Shown: in pieces, positions 12,695 through 25,599 of the stretch
Layout: every line of letters starts with the position of its first letter
How positions within the stretch are numbered: position 1 is the stretch's first letter
Source: Mobula hypostoma
Taxonomy: Eukaryota
DNA length: 64,000 bases
Direction: 5' to 3'
Assembly (NCBI RefSeq): GCF_963921235.1
Contig: NC_086097.1
Location: forward strand, 145,950,001 to 146,014,000
The notes under the pieces: model-generated
What the model was told of the DNA's origin: nothing
Database searches by the model: none
Seen by the model: only the letters and a program-made list of their open reading frames with translations
Program-made: the position numbers and the translations under genes

Positions 12695-14065
12695 AAGTCA
12701 AAGTCGAGTTTTTTTGTGAAATGCTCGAGTACATGTATGCACAGGTGCTTTGAAAAACTTCCTTGCAGCAGCATCACAGGCACACAGTATCAGAGCAACA
12801 TTCACAAGAAAAACATAAATTAATCACAAGTTTTTGACCTACACTGCAATTTTTGGTACATTTTTGCACCTTATTCTGAATTGCTTTTGTTTTACCTTAT
12901 TCTACGTCAGTGCGGCTTTTAATGATTTGATCTACATGAACAGTATGCAAGAAAAGCTTTTCACTGTATCTTAATTTATGTAGCGATAATAAACCAATAC
13001 CAATACCGTTACCAATATCAATGCAGGGTGGTCAAAGTTGTTAGAGTGCTGCTAAACTGTAGTGATGAGGGTTTTGCTGCTTGACTCAAGTGCTGAATGG
13101 TCAAGGAAGTAGCTATTCTTGAATATAGTGCTGTGGGACCCTCAGGCTTCTATACCTTCTGCCTGATGGTAGGTGGTATGGCCCAGCTGGAGGAGATCTT
13201 TGATGATACTTGTCTTCCTGAGGCAGCACCTCCTGTAGATACAATCAGTGGTCGTGTAGGATGTGCCTGTGATATTTTGGGCAGAGTTCACTACTCCCTG
13301 CAGCTTCTTACGTTCTTGCACATTCAAATTGCCTTACCAGGCAATGATGTAGACAGTCAAGATACCTTCAAAAATGCATCTGTAGAAGTTTGTTGGAGTA
13401 TTTGATGATTAGCTGAGCCTTCTTAACCTCTGGAGACAGTAAAGTTGCTGGTGTGCTTTTCTTAGATTTGCACCTATGTGCTGGCCCAAGGTCATCCAAC
13501 CCCCTCTTCCCCTCTTCCATTAGGCAGAAGATATCAAAGCCTGAAAACACACACCACCAGGCTAAAAGACTACCCCACCATTAAAGACTATTAAATTGCT
13601 CCCTAATATGATAAGCCAGCTGGTGGAGTAGTGACATCAGTGCTGGACTGCGGGGCGGAGGTTCCCAAGTTCAATCCCGGCCGGCTCCCCCCCCCCGCAC
13701 GCTTTCCATCCGTGTGGGGTTAACAGCTGGTGATCTCTCTGAAAAAAAAACTCACCCGGCACTGCTGTAAAGTGCCTCAGACACGAATTCCAACTACATC
13801 AGAATGGCGTGGGAGGAATTCGTCCGCTACCCGGCAAAATTCCGGATGCGGCCTACATTAATATGATAAGTTGGATTCTTGACCTCACAATCTACCTTGT
13901 TATGATCTTGCACCTTATTGTTTACCTGAAATGTACTTTCTCTGTAGCTGTCACACTTTATTTTGCATTGTTATTGCATTACCATGTTCTACATCAATGC
14001 ACTGAGAAATGGTTTGACCTGTATGACAAGACAGGCTTTTCACTGTCTTGGTATTGCGACTGACT
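12695..14065. mobile_element. Patchwork of Rex1/Babar-like 3' fragments in both orientations
   Basis: Minus ORF 13142-13327 ERKKLQGVVNSAQNITG..CIYRRCCLRKTSII; plus fragment from ~13495 (CTTCCATTAGGCAGAAGATATCAAAGC) continuing past the SINE at 13616. Confidence 0.65.
13616..13858 (+). mobile_element. tRNA-derived SINE
   Basis: A-box-like TGGTGGAGTAGTG and B-box-like GTTCAATCC. 12-bp TSD TAATATGATAAG at 13604-13615 and 13859-13870. CpG-rich. Confidence 0.85.
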
Positions 14066-14250
14066 AAAACTGAGCTGCATGGAAACTGTCACTGGGAAAT
14101 GTAAGAGTCTTTATTCATACAGCAGACCACCAGGAGAGAGAGTCCAGGAGAATCCAAAAAAATCTCCCTGCTCTGAAACAATGCTTTATACTTCTTATAT
14201 TTCTTTAACACTAAGCTATCAATACGATTGACTATACTTTCAACAGGTAT

Positions 14251-15271
14251 TGTTGTATATTTAATATTTCTGTAATATTTGAGAAATATTGTAAATATAT
14301 TGCTTGATTAAACATTCTTAGTTGTTTACATAATGCATCGTGGGTTATATGTAATATGTAAATGGCATACGTCATATGTGCATGCCTCGCTTAAAAGTAA
14401 AAAACAAAACTAACCATTCTTGACTGCTGAGATGACTACCCATGTGTTGAACTTCTGCAAGATGTTCAAGGTAGAAAAAAACTGCAGCGAGATGTTCGAA
14501 CTTTAAGGAACTGTAGCAAGACATTTGAGTTTTTTAAAAAAGCGCAACAAGACATTTGAGTCAAAAAAAAGACGGAACACATCTGCACCATACTACTAAG
14601 CTGCAAGTGGCTTGGCAGAAAGATTTGCCTGCAGTCTAAAGAACGCATTGTGAGCAATGTCAGCAGAATACACTACACTAACACTGAACCAGAAGCTCAC
14701 CAATTTCCTCCTTGCATATCGCAATACAACACACTCCACAATCGACAACTCACCAGGTATGCTGTTTCTGGGTTGTCCACGCATTCATGCTTGATTCTCC
14801 TCAAACCCAATCTTAGAAGGAGTATGCAGGACAAACAGCTGAAATAAATTGAAGGCTCCTCCACCACCATGGAGGAGACCCAGAGCCTGAGGTTGTTTCA
14901 TAGTCACCTGCCAAGGAGAGTGATTCCTCTAGTCAGGAAAGATGTTATCCCACAAGAGTAAAAAGCCTCAAGTCTCTACCCTGAATGGGTCAATTTAAAA
15001 TTGCTGTGAATGTCCATATAGCAGCTATATTTTCTCTCTCTCTCTGTATATATATATATATATAGCAAATATACTGTTTGATTAAGCATGCTTTGTTGTT
15101 TACATAATGCATTGCAGCTTATATGTAAAAGTACGTAAATGGCATACGTTATTATGCCACCACTTCATACATGCAGGCTTTGCTTAAAAGTAAAAGCAAA
15201 ACTTAGGTACATGCATTCTGGTCTCCCTTGTTTTTATTTTGATTAGTTTTAAGTTTTGGAGTTACAAAACA
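14251..15271 (+). mobile_element. Internally deleted LTR retrotransposon remnant with two LTR copies
   Basis: Direct repeats ~14290-14412 and ~15065-15203 (TTGATTAA.CAT..TT.GTTGTTTACATAATGCAT...AAATGGCATACGT...GCTTAAAAGTAAAA). Starts TGTTG, ends AAAACA. Internal RCYPTRVKSL resembles a gypsy pol end. Confidence 0.65.
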
Positions 15272-15447
15272 TTATTTAACTATTTAACCTTAAAATTTGA
15301 GTATAGTCAAGTAGAATTACGTACTTACAATGTTAGCACGACTCAACTGCTAGAACTACTTTGGATAGTCACTACTGATGTCTTTTCCAAAAGCTTTTGA
15401 GTACAAACTCCAGACACCCAAAATATACTGTTTTGTTCATGTTGAAG

Positions 15448-16216
15448 CAATGTTCCTTCTAAGGGGAACACGTGTGCGCACACACATCTTTTGCTATTAG
15501 TTCACAAAAGAATTTAACTGCTCACAAAAGGTTGGGACCCTCTACCACATTGGCATGTTAGGTATATTTCATGATTGTACACAATCACATTTCCTTTTCT
15601 GCTTTCTGATGCGGACGGGTTTTGGCAACGTGGAGTTTGCAATGATTTGTTTACAAATTTTAGAACTGGCTTATTTCTACTGTTATTATTGAAGGAATTA
15701 TTGATTCACTATGTCGAGTTCCAAAGAAAGCAAAGGGCATGAAGTACAAAAGATTGGTTAATTCATTTAAAGTGGAGTGGTTTAGTGAAACAATTGTAAT
15801 TGATATATGAAAACTCATGAGGTCAGGAATATGCAGCTATGAGAAATATTTGCATATTCAGAAAATGATGTTACCTGCGTGTACTGTCGCAACTCAAAAG
15901 TTTGCAAGTGGGAAGAAGTGGAGTGATATTCGCAAACTTGACTTTTTAAAGAGTCATTTAGCAAGCAAATCACAATGGATGGTGTGCAAAAGCTGTGGCA
16001 ACAAAATCCCTCATTAGCCGCTACAGGCTTGCTAGGTACATTTCCTGGGAGTGCAGATGAACGAGAGCAGAAAGGATCAAACCCAGAGGAGATCAAAGTT
16101 CTTATTGACAGTGTTTTGCTAGCTGTTAAAATGACATGTTGTTGTTACTGCATAAAAAAATCGCACAGCACGAGATTTTTGCGTACACTGGACATTACAA
16201 ATTAGAGGGAACATCG
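15448..16216 (+). mobile_element. Non-autonomous hAT element (ZNF862/KIAA1586-like transposase remnant)
   Basis: TIRs CAATGTTCCTTCTAA and TTAGAGGGAACATCG. Exact 8-bp TSD TGTTGAAG at 15440-15447 and 16217-16224. Residual FASGKKWSDIRKLDFLKSHLASKS. Confidence 0.88.
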
Positions 16217-17314
16217 TGTTGAAGGATGCCCCATGAACATACATACAACCAGAAGGTTAAGTGTCAAAACAGATCTGTCCTGACCTCTGCCTTAAGTGGT
16301 AGGGATAACAATGTGCGAATAGCGGGAACATTCATCTATTTACTTTTCCTATGTAGTGTCAGTGGTGCAGAGAATGTCCCACACCCAGTGATTGGTTTGA
16401 CTAGCCATAAAGTTATCAGTTGGAAGTTAAATTGTGTACAGGTTTTATTTCCTGAGGACTGGTTCTCATTGTGGTTAATCTATAATTATGCTATCCATAA
16501 TGATATTACTGTACTCAGTACACACGACAATAATGAACTAATTCTAAATCCAATTCTTACAAGGATCCCATTTAAACAAATTATTTTGGATGGAAAATTA
16601 GTAAGAAGAAAATAGGTTACTCTTTTGTTGTAGTTATTCCTCACAATATATCTCTGCCATAGTGCCATAGTTTCTTGAAGATTATCTTGAACAAAAATTG
16701 CTTCCTGAGCACCTTCCAGCTCTTTAAACTCTATAAAGATGAAACAATAATTGAAATACTTGGCAGCAGAAGCCTGGTTTATCTTCTTAAAATAAAAACA
16801 GAATGCTCCCAGACACATTGCATGTGGAACTCTTGTAACAGAACAGTTGCTGCACAAAACAGAAAGTTTCCCATTCATACAGCAAGCAAACTACCTGCAT
16901 AATGGACATGCAAAGCAGTGATTCTTATCTACTGAAGACTGTGAATGTCAATTTGACTGTTCCTTTTGCTAACATAAAAGCAACCACTCTGTTTCACTTA
17001 TTTAATGTTTGTACACATATGCCAAGAGTAAATTGAATATAAAATAATCTTCCTTCTATAACCAGATTGCAATCTATTTTACTGTCAGCTTGAGCAAAGC
17101 TGACACTCCAGTATGATTCTCATGGGCTTTTGTATTGTTGGAGATTTGATAGTGATGCAGCAGTTAAATTGAGGGATTAGTTATCCAGACACCTGAGACC
17201 TCAGATGCTATTCAATCCTGGCAAGTCTAGAATTTAGATTCAGATCAATTACTGGAATTAACAAAAAAATGTCATTAGTAATGATGTTCACCTGTTGGAC
17301 TGTTTAAAATCTTG

Positions 17315-17615
17315 CAATGCACACAAAATGCTGGAGGAACTCAGCAGGTCAGGCAGCATCCATGGTAAAGAGTACAGTCAATGTTTCAGGTCGAGACCCT
17401 TCAGCAGGACGGGAGAAGAAAAGATGAGGAGTCAAAGTTGGGGGTGGGGTGGGGATAGAAACACAAGGTGATAGGTGAAACTAGGAGGGAGAAGGGTGAA
17501 ATAAAGAGCTGGGAAGTTGATTGGTGAAAGAGAACAAGGCTGGAGAAGGGGGAATCTAATAGGAGAGGACAGAAGGCCATGGAAGAAAGAAAAGTGGCGG
17601 GGAGGGGCACCAGCA
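17315..17615 (-). mobile_element. Penelope pseudo-LTR/3'UTR fragment
   Basis: Minus strand GTCCTGCTGAAGGGTCTCGACCTGAAACATTGACT (degenerate hammerhead, ~17376-17410) plus the pyrimidine-rich UTR seen in other copies. Confidence 0.8.
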
Positions 17616-18419
17616 GAGTTTATGCTGAGGTTAGCAATAAGTCTCTCAAGCCCTGGAAAGTGAAACTCCTTTCCACAACCAGTACTTTTATCCTCCTCAA
17701 TCAGTATCAATGATCTTACTCTGCATTTTACTGCTGTTTGTGTGATCTTGGTGTTGGCAATTTGGTACCTTATGTTATAACCACACATTTTTAAAGGTTG
17801 TAAGGTAATTTGTGTCATGGTTAGGGTACAGACAATATATAAAAAGTTCTTTTCCTAAAGGAACCATTATTGGAAGCAGACTTTTAAAAGGAATATGGTT
17901 AAGTATGAGAAAATGAAATGGAAAATGTTTTTTTGATAAAAAATAGGGGAAACACCGATAGTTTTTAAGAACCCAACTCAACGGCAATGCTCAAATGACT
18001 CCTGCTGTGCTGTAAAGTGAAGGTATTGTTACTGCTTACAATGCCATAACCACCTCAAATGCTGTGCTATTCTGCATCTATGTAGAATGCTCTCTGATAA
18101 CATTTTGAAACAATAATACTGTCATATTCTGAAGCTGTCATGCGATTCCTATACTCACAGCATAACAATATAAATTTTTCACAAAAACCACACTTGATTA
18201 GAAGATGCATTTTATTTTTTTTAACAAGGACACCTGAAGAGGTGGGACTGAAACCCACACTTCTGTAATCAGCAGGATGTTTGGATGTAGAGTTAGCAAA
18301 TCACAAAATATATGTGCTGCATGATAAGATAAACTTTACTAAAAAATAAGAGGAAAAGTATATTCTGACATTATTGTTGAATGACCCAACCATACATTAT
18401 TAATCTTTGGCAAGCATAT

Positions 18420-19690
18420 ATGTTCAAAGTTCAAAGTAAAGTTATTAGCAAAATACATATATGTTACTATATACAACCTTGAGATTATTTTTTTTGCTGG
18501 AATACTCAATAAATCTATAATAAAATAATAATCATAATAGAATCAATGAAAGACTGCACCAACTTGGGAATTCAAACCAATGTGTAAAAGACAACAAATT
18601 GTGTAAACACCAAAAAAGAACAATAATAACAAATATAAGCAGTAAATACGGAGAACATGAGATGAAGAGCCCTTGAAAGTGAGTCCAAAGGTCATGGAAC
18701 TTTTCAGTGATGGGGCAAGTGAAGATGAATGAAGTTATCCCCTTTGGTTCAAGAGCCTGATGGTTGAGGGGTAATAACTGTTCCTGAACCTGGTGGTGTG
18801 AGTCCTGAGGCTCTGGTATCTTCTTCCTGATGGCAGCAGTGAGAAGGGAACATGGCCTGAGTGGTGGGGATCTGTTACGATGGATGCTGCTTTCCTACGA
18901 CAGCGCTCCATATAGATGTGCTCAATGGTGGAGAGGGTTTTACCTGTGATGGACTGGGCCATATTCAAAACCTTTTTGTAGAATTTTCTATTCAAGGGCA
19001 TTGGTGTTTCCATAGCAGGCTGTGATGCAGCCAGTCAATATACTCTCCATCACATACCTATAGAAGTTTGTCAAAGTTTTAGATGTTATCCCAAATCTTT
19101 ACAAAATCCTAAGCAAGCAGAGGTGCTGCTGTGCTTTATTCATAATTGCACTTAGGTGCTGGGCCCAGCATAGGTTCTCCAAAATGGTAATACCAAGAAA
19201 TTTAAAATTGCTGACCCTCTGCACCTCCGACCCTCCAATCCCTGGTTTCCTCCTCCTGACATCAATGATCAGCTCCTTAGTCTTGCTGGCATTGGGTAAT
19301 GATGGTTGTTGATGGTTGTTGATAATAATAATAATTGAAGTGGTTGCTGTGGTACCACTCGGCCAGATTTTCATTCTCCCTCCTATATGCTGATTCATCA
19401 CCACTTTTGATTTGGCCAGTGACAGTAGTGTCAACAGTGGCATTGGAGCTGTGTTTAGCCATACAGTCATAAGTGTAAAGCAAGAAGAGCAGAGGGCTAA
19501 GCACACAGCCTTGTAGTGCAGCTGTGCTGATGAAGATTGTGGAGGTGTTGCTGCCAATCCGAATTGACTGGGGTCTGCAAGTGAGGAAATCAAGGATCCA
19601 ATTGGACAAGGAGGTATTAAAACCAAGGTTTTGAAGCTTATTGATTAGTTGTGAGGGGATAATGTATTGACTGCCAAGCTGTGTTGGGTG
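18420..19690 (-). mobile_element. Rex1/Babar-like LINE, 3' half
   Basis: [80 protein letters not shown]; tail TTTGAACTTTGAAC. Confidence 0.88.
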
Positions 19691-19871
19691 CAGCAAGGGA
19701 GAAACCTTATTTTGGATTAAGCTTGTTTCTCTTTCAGTAACTATTTATACAGCCTCTTCCCAGAATATTGAATTGCAACTGATGAAAACCTTTTGACGTT
19801 GTTCGTTGTTGTTAATATTGTTAATATAACACCTGGTAGTCAGAGGCAGACTGAGTCACTCCTGAAACAGC

Positions 19872-21470
19872 AAAGTTCGAAATTCAAAGTAAACATTATT
19901 ATCAAAGTACATATATGACAGCATATACACCCCTGAGATTCATTTTCTTGTGGGCATACTCAACAAATCTATAGAATAGTAACTATAATATTATCAATGA
20001 AAGATTGCCCAACTAAGGCGTTCGACCAGAGTGCAGAAGACAACAAACCAGGCAAATACAAATATAAATAAATAACAATAAATAATAACATGAAATGAAG
20101 AGTCCTTGAATGTGGGTCCACAGGTCATGGCAATATTTCAGTGATGGGGCAAGTGAAGTTGTTCAAGAGTCTGTTGTTTGAGGGGTAGTAACTGTTCCTG
20201 AACCTGGTGCTGTGAGTCCTGAGGCTCTTGTATCTTCTTTCTGATGGCAGCAGTGGGAAGAGAGCATGACCTGGGTGGTGGGGATCTCTGATGATGGATG
20301 CTGTTTTCCTATGACAACGTTTTTCCTAGATGTGCTTAATGGTTGGGAGGGCTTTGCCCATGATGGACTGGGCTGAATCCACTTTCTTTGTCTGATTTTC
20401 CATTCAAGGGCATTGACGTTTGCATACCAGGCTGTGAAACAGCCAGTCAAATTACTCTTCACCACACATCTGTAGAAGTTTGTCAAAGTTTTAGGTGTCA
20501 TGCTGAATCTCTGCAAACTCCCTCTACTGACGTCAATATCTTGCTGACATTGGGTGAGAGGTTGTTGTTGTGGCACCACTCAGCCAATTTTTCAATCTCC
20601 ATCCTATATGCTGATTCATCACCACCTGTGATTCGGTCCATGACAGTGGTGTCATCAGCAAACTTGAATCTGGCATTGGAGCTGTGCTTAGCCTTACAGT
20701 CGTAAGTGTGAAGTGAGCAGAGCAGAGGGCTAAGCGCACAGCTTTGTGGTACATCAGTGCGGATGGAATTTGGGGAAGAAATGTTGTTACCAATCCAAAC
20801 TGACTGGGTCTACGTGTGAGGAAATCAAGGATCCAGTTGTGCAAGGAGGTATTGAGACCAGCGTCTTGGAGCTTCTTGATTAGCTTTGAGTGGAAGATGG
20901 TTTCGAATACTGAGGTGTAGTCGACAAGGAACATCCTGTTTTATGCATTCTTGCTGTCCAGATGTTTCAGGGTTGAGGGAAGAGACAACGAGATGGCCTC
21001 TGCTGTGGACCTGTTGCACTGGTGGGTAAATTGGAGCAGATCAAAATCACTTCTCAGGCAGGAGCCAAGATGTCTCACCTCCAACATCTCAAAACACTTC
21101 ATCACTGTGGATGTAAGCGATAGTCATTGAAGCAGGTCACCACACTCTTCTTGGGCACTAGTATAACTGAAGCCCGCTTGAAGAAGCCGGGTATCAGGCA
21201 CTGTCAAAGCGAGAGGTGAAAGAGCTCAGTGAACACACTGGCCAGTTGATCAGCACATGTCTTTAGAAGGTGGCCCAGTACCCTGTCCTGTCCAGATGCC
21301 TTTTGTGAGTTTACCCTCCTGAAGGCATTCTGCTTACATCTTCAGAGACTGAAATCAGTGGATCATCAGGATATGTGGGAGTTTGCAATAGTTTGTCCAT
21401 GTTCTGACGGTCAAAGCAAGCATAGAAGGCATTGAGCTCATTTGGAAGCGAAGCCTGCTTGACTTAACTT
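19872..21470 (-). mobile_element. Rex1/Babar-like LINE fragment, second copy
   Basis: [40 protein letters not shown] and TLTNFYRCVVKSNLTGCFTAWY; same tail as 18420. Confidence 0.85.
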
Positions 21471-23349
21471 TGCAAGATGCGACATGGGTTTAGGGAAGTG
21501 GTTTATGGACGTCAGTTTTCTGGGATCCCAGACAGGCAAGTGCCAGCAGACAGCCAGCTGTGGAAGCAGTAAACATGTAGTCAGTATATTTTTTCTTCAG
21601 CAGCCTTATAGGGGAACTATCTGGAGCAAACTCAAATTTTATGTGGTCTTAGATAGTAGTCTTTCAGACTAAATCTTCAATGCTGTTGTTTGCTTCAAGT
21701 TAAAATAAAATGCTTGCAAGATAGGAAATAAGGCTGCTGGCCAATAACTCCACCATTGCCGAGAAATAACCTTCTGTGAAATGACTCTAATGGTGCTTGT
21801 TGCTCTCATTTTCAGCTTCCACAGCTGGCTATCTGCCAGTCCGTAGCCTCTCCAACAGCAAGCCTCATGTAGTGCCTCCTCGTCGGTGAACACAGAAACT
21901 GAACTGAACCCCTTTCAGACTCAGGCTGGACTACAGAGGACGGGAATGAAGCCTGGGCCCTGCACTCACCGGTGTGGACAGGCCCTGATGCTTGTGAACC
22001 GGATCCCCAGCTATTCCAGAGTGGAGCCCCTGTGGCAGCTGGATGTCATTCAACATCCTTCCAGCAGCTCTTGCAGCCAAACTGGTGCCAAACGCATTGC
22101 TTCATAAGCTTTCATTTGGACTACACTGGAGAGGCTGAGCAGGGTATCTTAACAACTGGGCATCTCGGGATCTCCATACCTTCCGCCCAGGCTTGTGATG
22201 ATGATGATCTTCACCCATTGTCCTTCGAGATAGACGGATACCCACACTAGACTTATCTTAAATTGGAATCAAAGAGGTATTCTGCAAAAAAGCCAGAAAA
22301 TTCTAAGACCAATGAAACACCAGTCAGTTTTTCTGTAGCACAGCAGAGGTTAAGGAATCCAGTCACCAAGTCAATATAAGAGGAGGTGGAGCAAAGCATC
22401 AGCAATTTAAATATGATGTAGAAAAGTCTGATTCTTATCATTCCTAGTCCCCTTAATGATTAGACACTTTATACAGCTTTCCAGATTGCAAACCGCACCC
22501 TCAATTAACCTAAGCTTTGCCACTGCTTCTCCTGTAATCTCTTACAGCATTTACACTCATACATATTACTCTTTCTATTCATGGTGGTTCCTTAACATTG
22601 TTATACCCAGGGGTGGTAGTGGGGAAAAGCTCCCACTGCCTATTAAATACTCCCAGTGGTGTGCGTCTCAAATACCCTCCGACAACCAAGTCCAGCTCCT
22701 GGCCTTTACTTGTGACTTAGCTACTAAGTCCAGTGAAATTGTTTCTACTGACAGGACGAGCGGCAAAGGTAGGTCACTGGAGCCTTAAGACTGGTTGCTT
22801 CGAACAGATGGGGCTTGTCAGCAGTGGTTGACAGTTTGTCGAGGAGAAGAAAAACTCTGCTCTCAAAGCTCCACTGCCTTGTGGCTATATCCACTCATTG
22901 GGAATGCTTCAGGAGTAAACTCCAAGAAAAATCCAGAGCTGGAGTCCGGAAGGCAGTCCTATGTTGAGTTCGACGCTGACTGGCTACTCCTGTGATGGTG
23001 CTGATGCCATACTGTATAGGTCTCTGCTGTTCCTTTGGATTTATCAGCTGCGTGGAGTGAGGGAGCCAGGTACATGGATCACAGTTTGCTCTCCATATCA
23101 TACTGCCCTGGCTTGTGTAAACAGCTAGGACGCAGCATCCATGTTTGACCCCAACCAACTGAGGGCCTCATATTCTTGGTGATCTTGCTGTCAGTGCAAT
23201 ATTGGCTTCTTCTTTGACCCTGAGCCTCTAAGGCTTCCTTCACCAAGGCCACATACTTCCACTTCTACAATATCACTTGATTCTAGTTAAACTTTGTCTG
23301 TCCTGTATTCTCTTTTTTTATAATTTGACTTTTAAATTTTGTTTTAATT

Positions 23350-23545
23350 TAGCCTGGTAACAGGCCCTTCTGGCCCAAATACACCCATATGGTCAATTAA
23401 CCGACTAACTTGTGTGTCTTTCGAAAGTGGGAGGGAACAGGAGCACCTAAAGGTCACAGGGAGAACATACTGTACAAACTCCTTACAGGCAGTGGCAGTC
23501 CCTGGTGCTGTCAGAGCATTACACTAACCATTACACTATCATGCT
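23350..23545 (-). mobile_element. Degenerate V-SINE/HE1-like SINE
   Basis: GTCTTTCGAAAGTGGGAGGGAACAGGAGCACC...GGTCACAGGGAGAACATAC..AAACTCC is the reverse complement of a V-domain-type motif. A related copy lies at 46200-46520. Confidence 0.6.
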
Positions 23546-24035
23546 GTTTATAGACTTGACCTATTCCAATGTTCTCTTGGCCGGGACCAATCTTCCATTC
23601 CATTTCTTACAAACACTGTGGACCATATCCTAACTCACAACAAACCCTGTTTACCCATCATCTGACTGAACAAAAGCCAAATTTAAAAAAACCTTCCATG
23701 GTGTTCCTCCTTTCCATCTCTCTGCTGCAGAACTAGAACTCAATGAGGCCTCTGCATTTCTCTAAAGTTCATTATTTTCAGTTATTTGGACACGATCTGA
23801 ACTATCATAGTCTTCACCTTTGAATTCAACGTAATATTCTATAAAACCACGAGTAAGAATTTATTTGCCAGCCCTAATGTCAATTTAGATTTGATGTAAA
23901 TTTTTATTTAATTGTTTTTGGTAATGTGTTTTGAATTATTTTACTAAATTAAAGATAACATTAGATGTGAAAGCTTGTTGTTATCACAGCCTAAGGGCGT
24001 GATCCTTATTCTAGATATCCCTTTATTTATATTTT

Positions 24036-24315
24036 ATATCAAAGTCAAAGTCTGTCCCAAGCCTTTGTGGCCCATCAGGCCGGTGCTTATGCTGATTTCT
24101 GTGGCGTGAAGCGACAGGATGCCCTGGATAGGATGCCAGTCTATCGGGAGGTTAACCCCCAGCATTTTGCCAGTACCCATTTTTTTCAGCTGGGTGGACT
24201 GGAGCAGTGTGTGGTTAAGTGCCTTGCTCAAAGACACAACACGCTGCCTTGGCTGAGTCTCGAACCCACGACCTTCAGATCGTGAGCCCAACGCCCTAAC
24301 CACCTGGCCACGCAC
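24036..24315 (-). mobile_element. tRNA-derived SINE
   Basis: Minus strand TGGCCAGGTGG (A box), GGTTCGAGAC (B box), then GTGTCTTTGAGCAAGGCACTTAACCAC; tail ACTTTGACTTTGA. Confidence 0.85.
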
Positions 24316-25599
24316 AGAGTGCTTATTCCTGTAACCTGAGATGATTTCAAAGTATCAGTTTCATTTCTCATCTAAGTTCTCCTTGTGACCTTAAGTGCAA
24401 CAGGCTTATGAGCTGGACAGAAAGAATGAGAGAAATCTTTATCATAATCTGAAGAATGTCATCGCCAATCTATGTCCAGCAAAATCTCTTAAACAGTGGC
24501 ATAATAAGTTACCCAGGTCTTCTGCTTATTTACTGATGGAAGTTGACACAGTGGTTTTGTTTGATATAGTGGATCTTTCACACTTACCCGTGACTGCAGG
24601 GAAGACTTTAGTTTAATATCGTGGCTGAAAAATTGTTTCACTAATATTTTAATGCCCCCTTTGTTCAACAGCCCTGTTTACTTGCTACGTCATAGAGTCA
24701 TAGAGCACTACAGCATAGAAGCAGACCCTCTAGTCCATTGAGTCCATGCTGAAATGTTATAGCTATGGAAGGAATTGAACAGAAAAGCTGAGAAGTCTAG
24801 AGGGGTGAGGGATAGGGCAAAATCCTTGGATTCCAGCCCCATATCTTAGCTCTTAATTTCCAGCCTCAGATCCTACTTCTTGCTTTTAGCTTTAAGCTGC
24901 AGGTCGTATCTTTAAATTCCCTCGTTAAAGCTAAGAGACTATGCTTTATCCTTAGTGCTTGGATTTTTATAGATGTTAATGGGATCAATGAGGGGGTCAT
25001 GGAAGGAGAATGAGGAGAATGAGGTAAAAGATCACGTTTAATGAAAGAGCAGGCAAACAGAGTTGAGTGGCCTATAGCTGTTTCTACTTCCTGTGCTCTC
25101 AGGGACTGGGACTGGCTGAAGTTATAGGATATAGAACAGATATAGCAGGGACAGGCCCTTCAGCCCACGATGTCTGTGCTGACAATTATACCAAATTAAA
25201 CTCATTCTATCTGCCTGCACGTGATCCATATTTCCTTATTTCCTGCATGCTCACGAGCCTGCCTAAATGTCTCCCAAATGCCTCTATCACGTCTGCTTCT
25301 GCCACCACCCCTGTTCCAGGCACCGACTATTCTCTGTGTAAAATAAACAAACTCTGCACATCCTTAAACTGACTTCCCCTCGTCTTGAAGTTCTGTCCCT
25401 CAAATAAATTTACAGCTTCTTGGCACTGGATTTCAGTTTCAAGTTTTCTGCTTTCATTCTTCATCTCCTGATCCAGCTTTTACTTTCTTGTTCTCACAAA
25501 CAAATCCGAATGAGACAGAAGTAATGATCAAGACCTGTATGCCCAGAATGGTACTTTCGCTTTTGACATTGAAGCGTACTTTGATCCTACTCTGGTTTA

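Noticed and set aside
24240..24315. tRNA gene (also 13616-13690 and 30408-30478)
   Set aside because: A and B boxes are present but there is no clean cloverleaf, and each continues into a SINE body.
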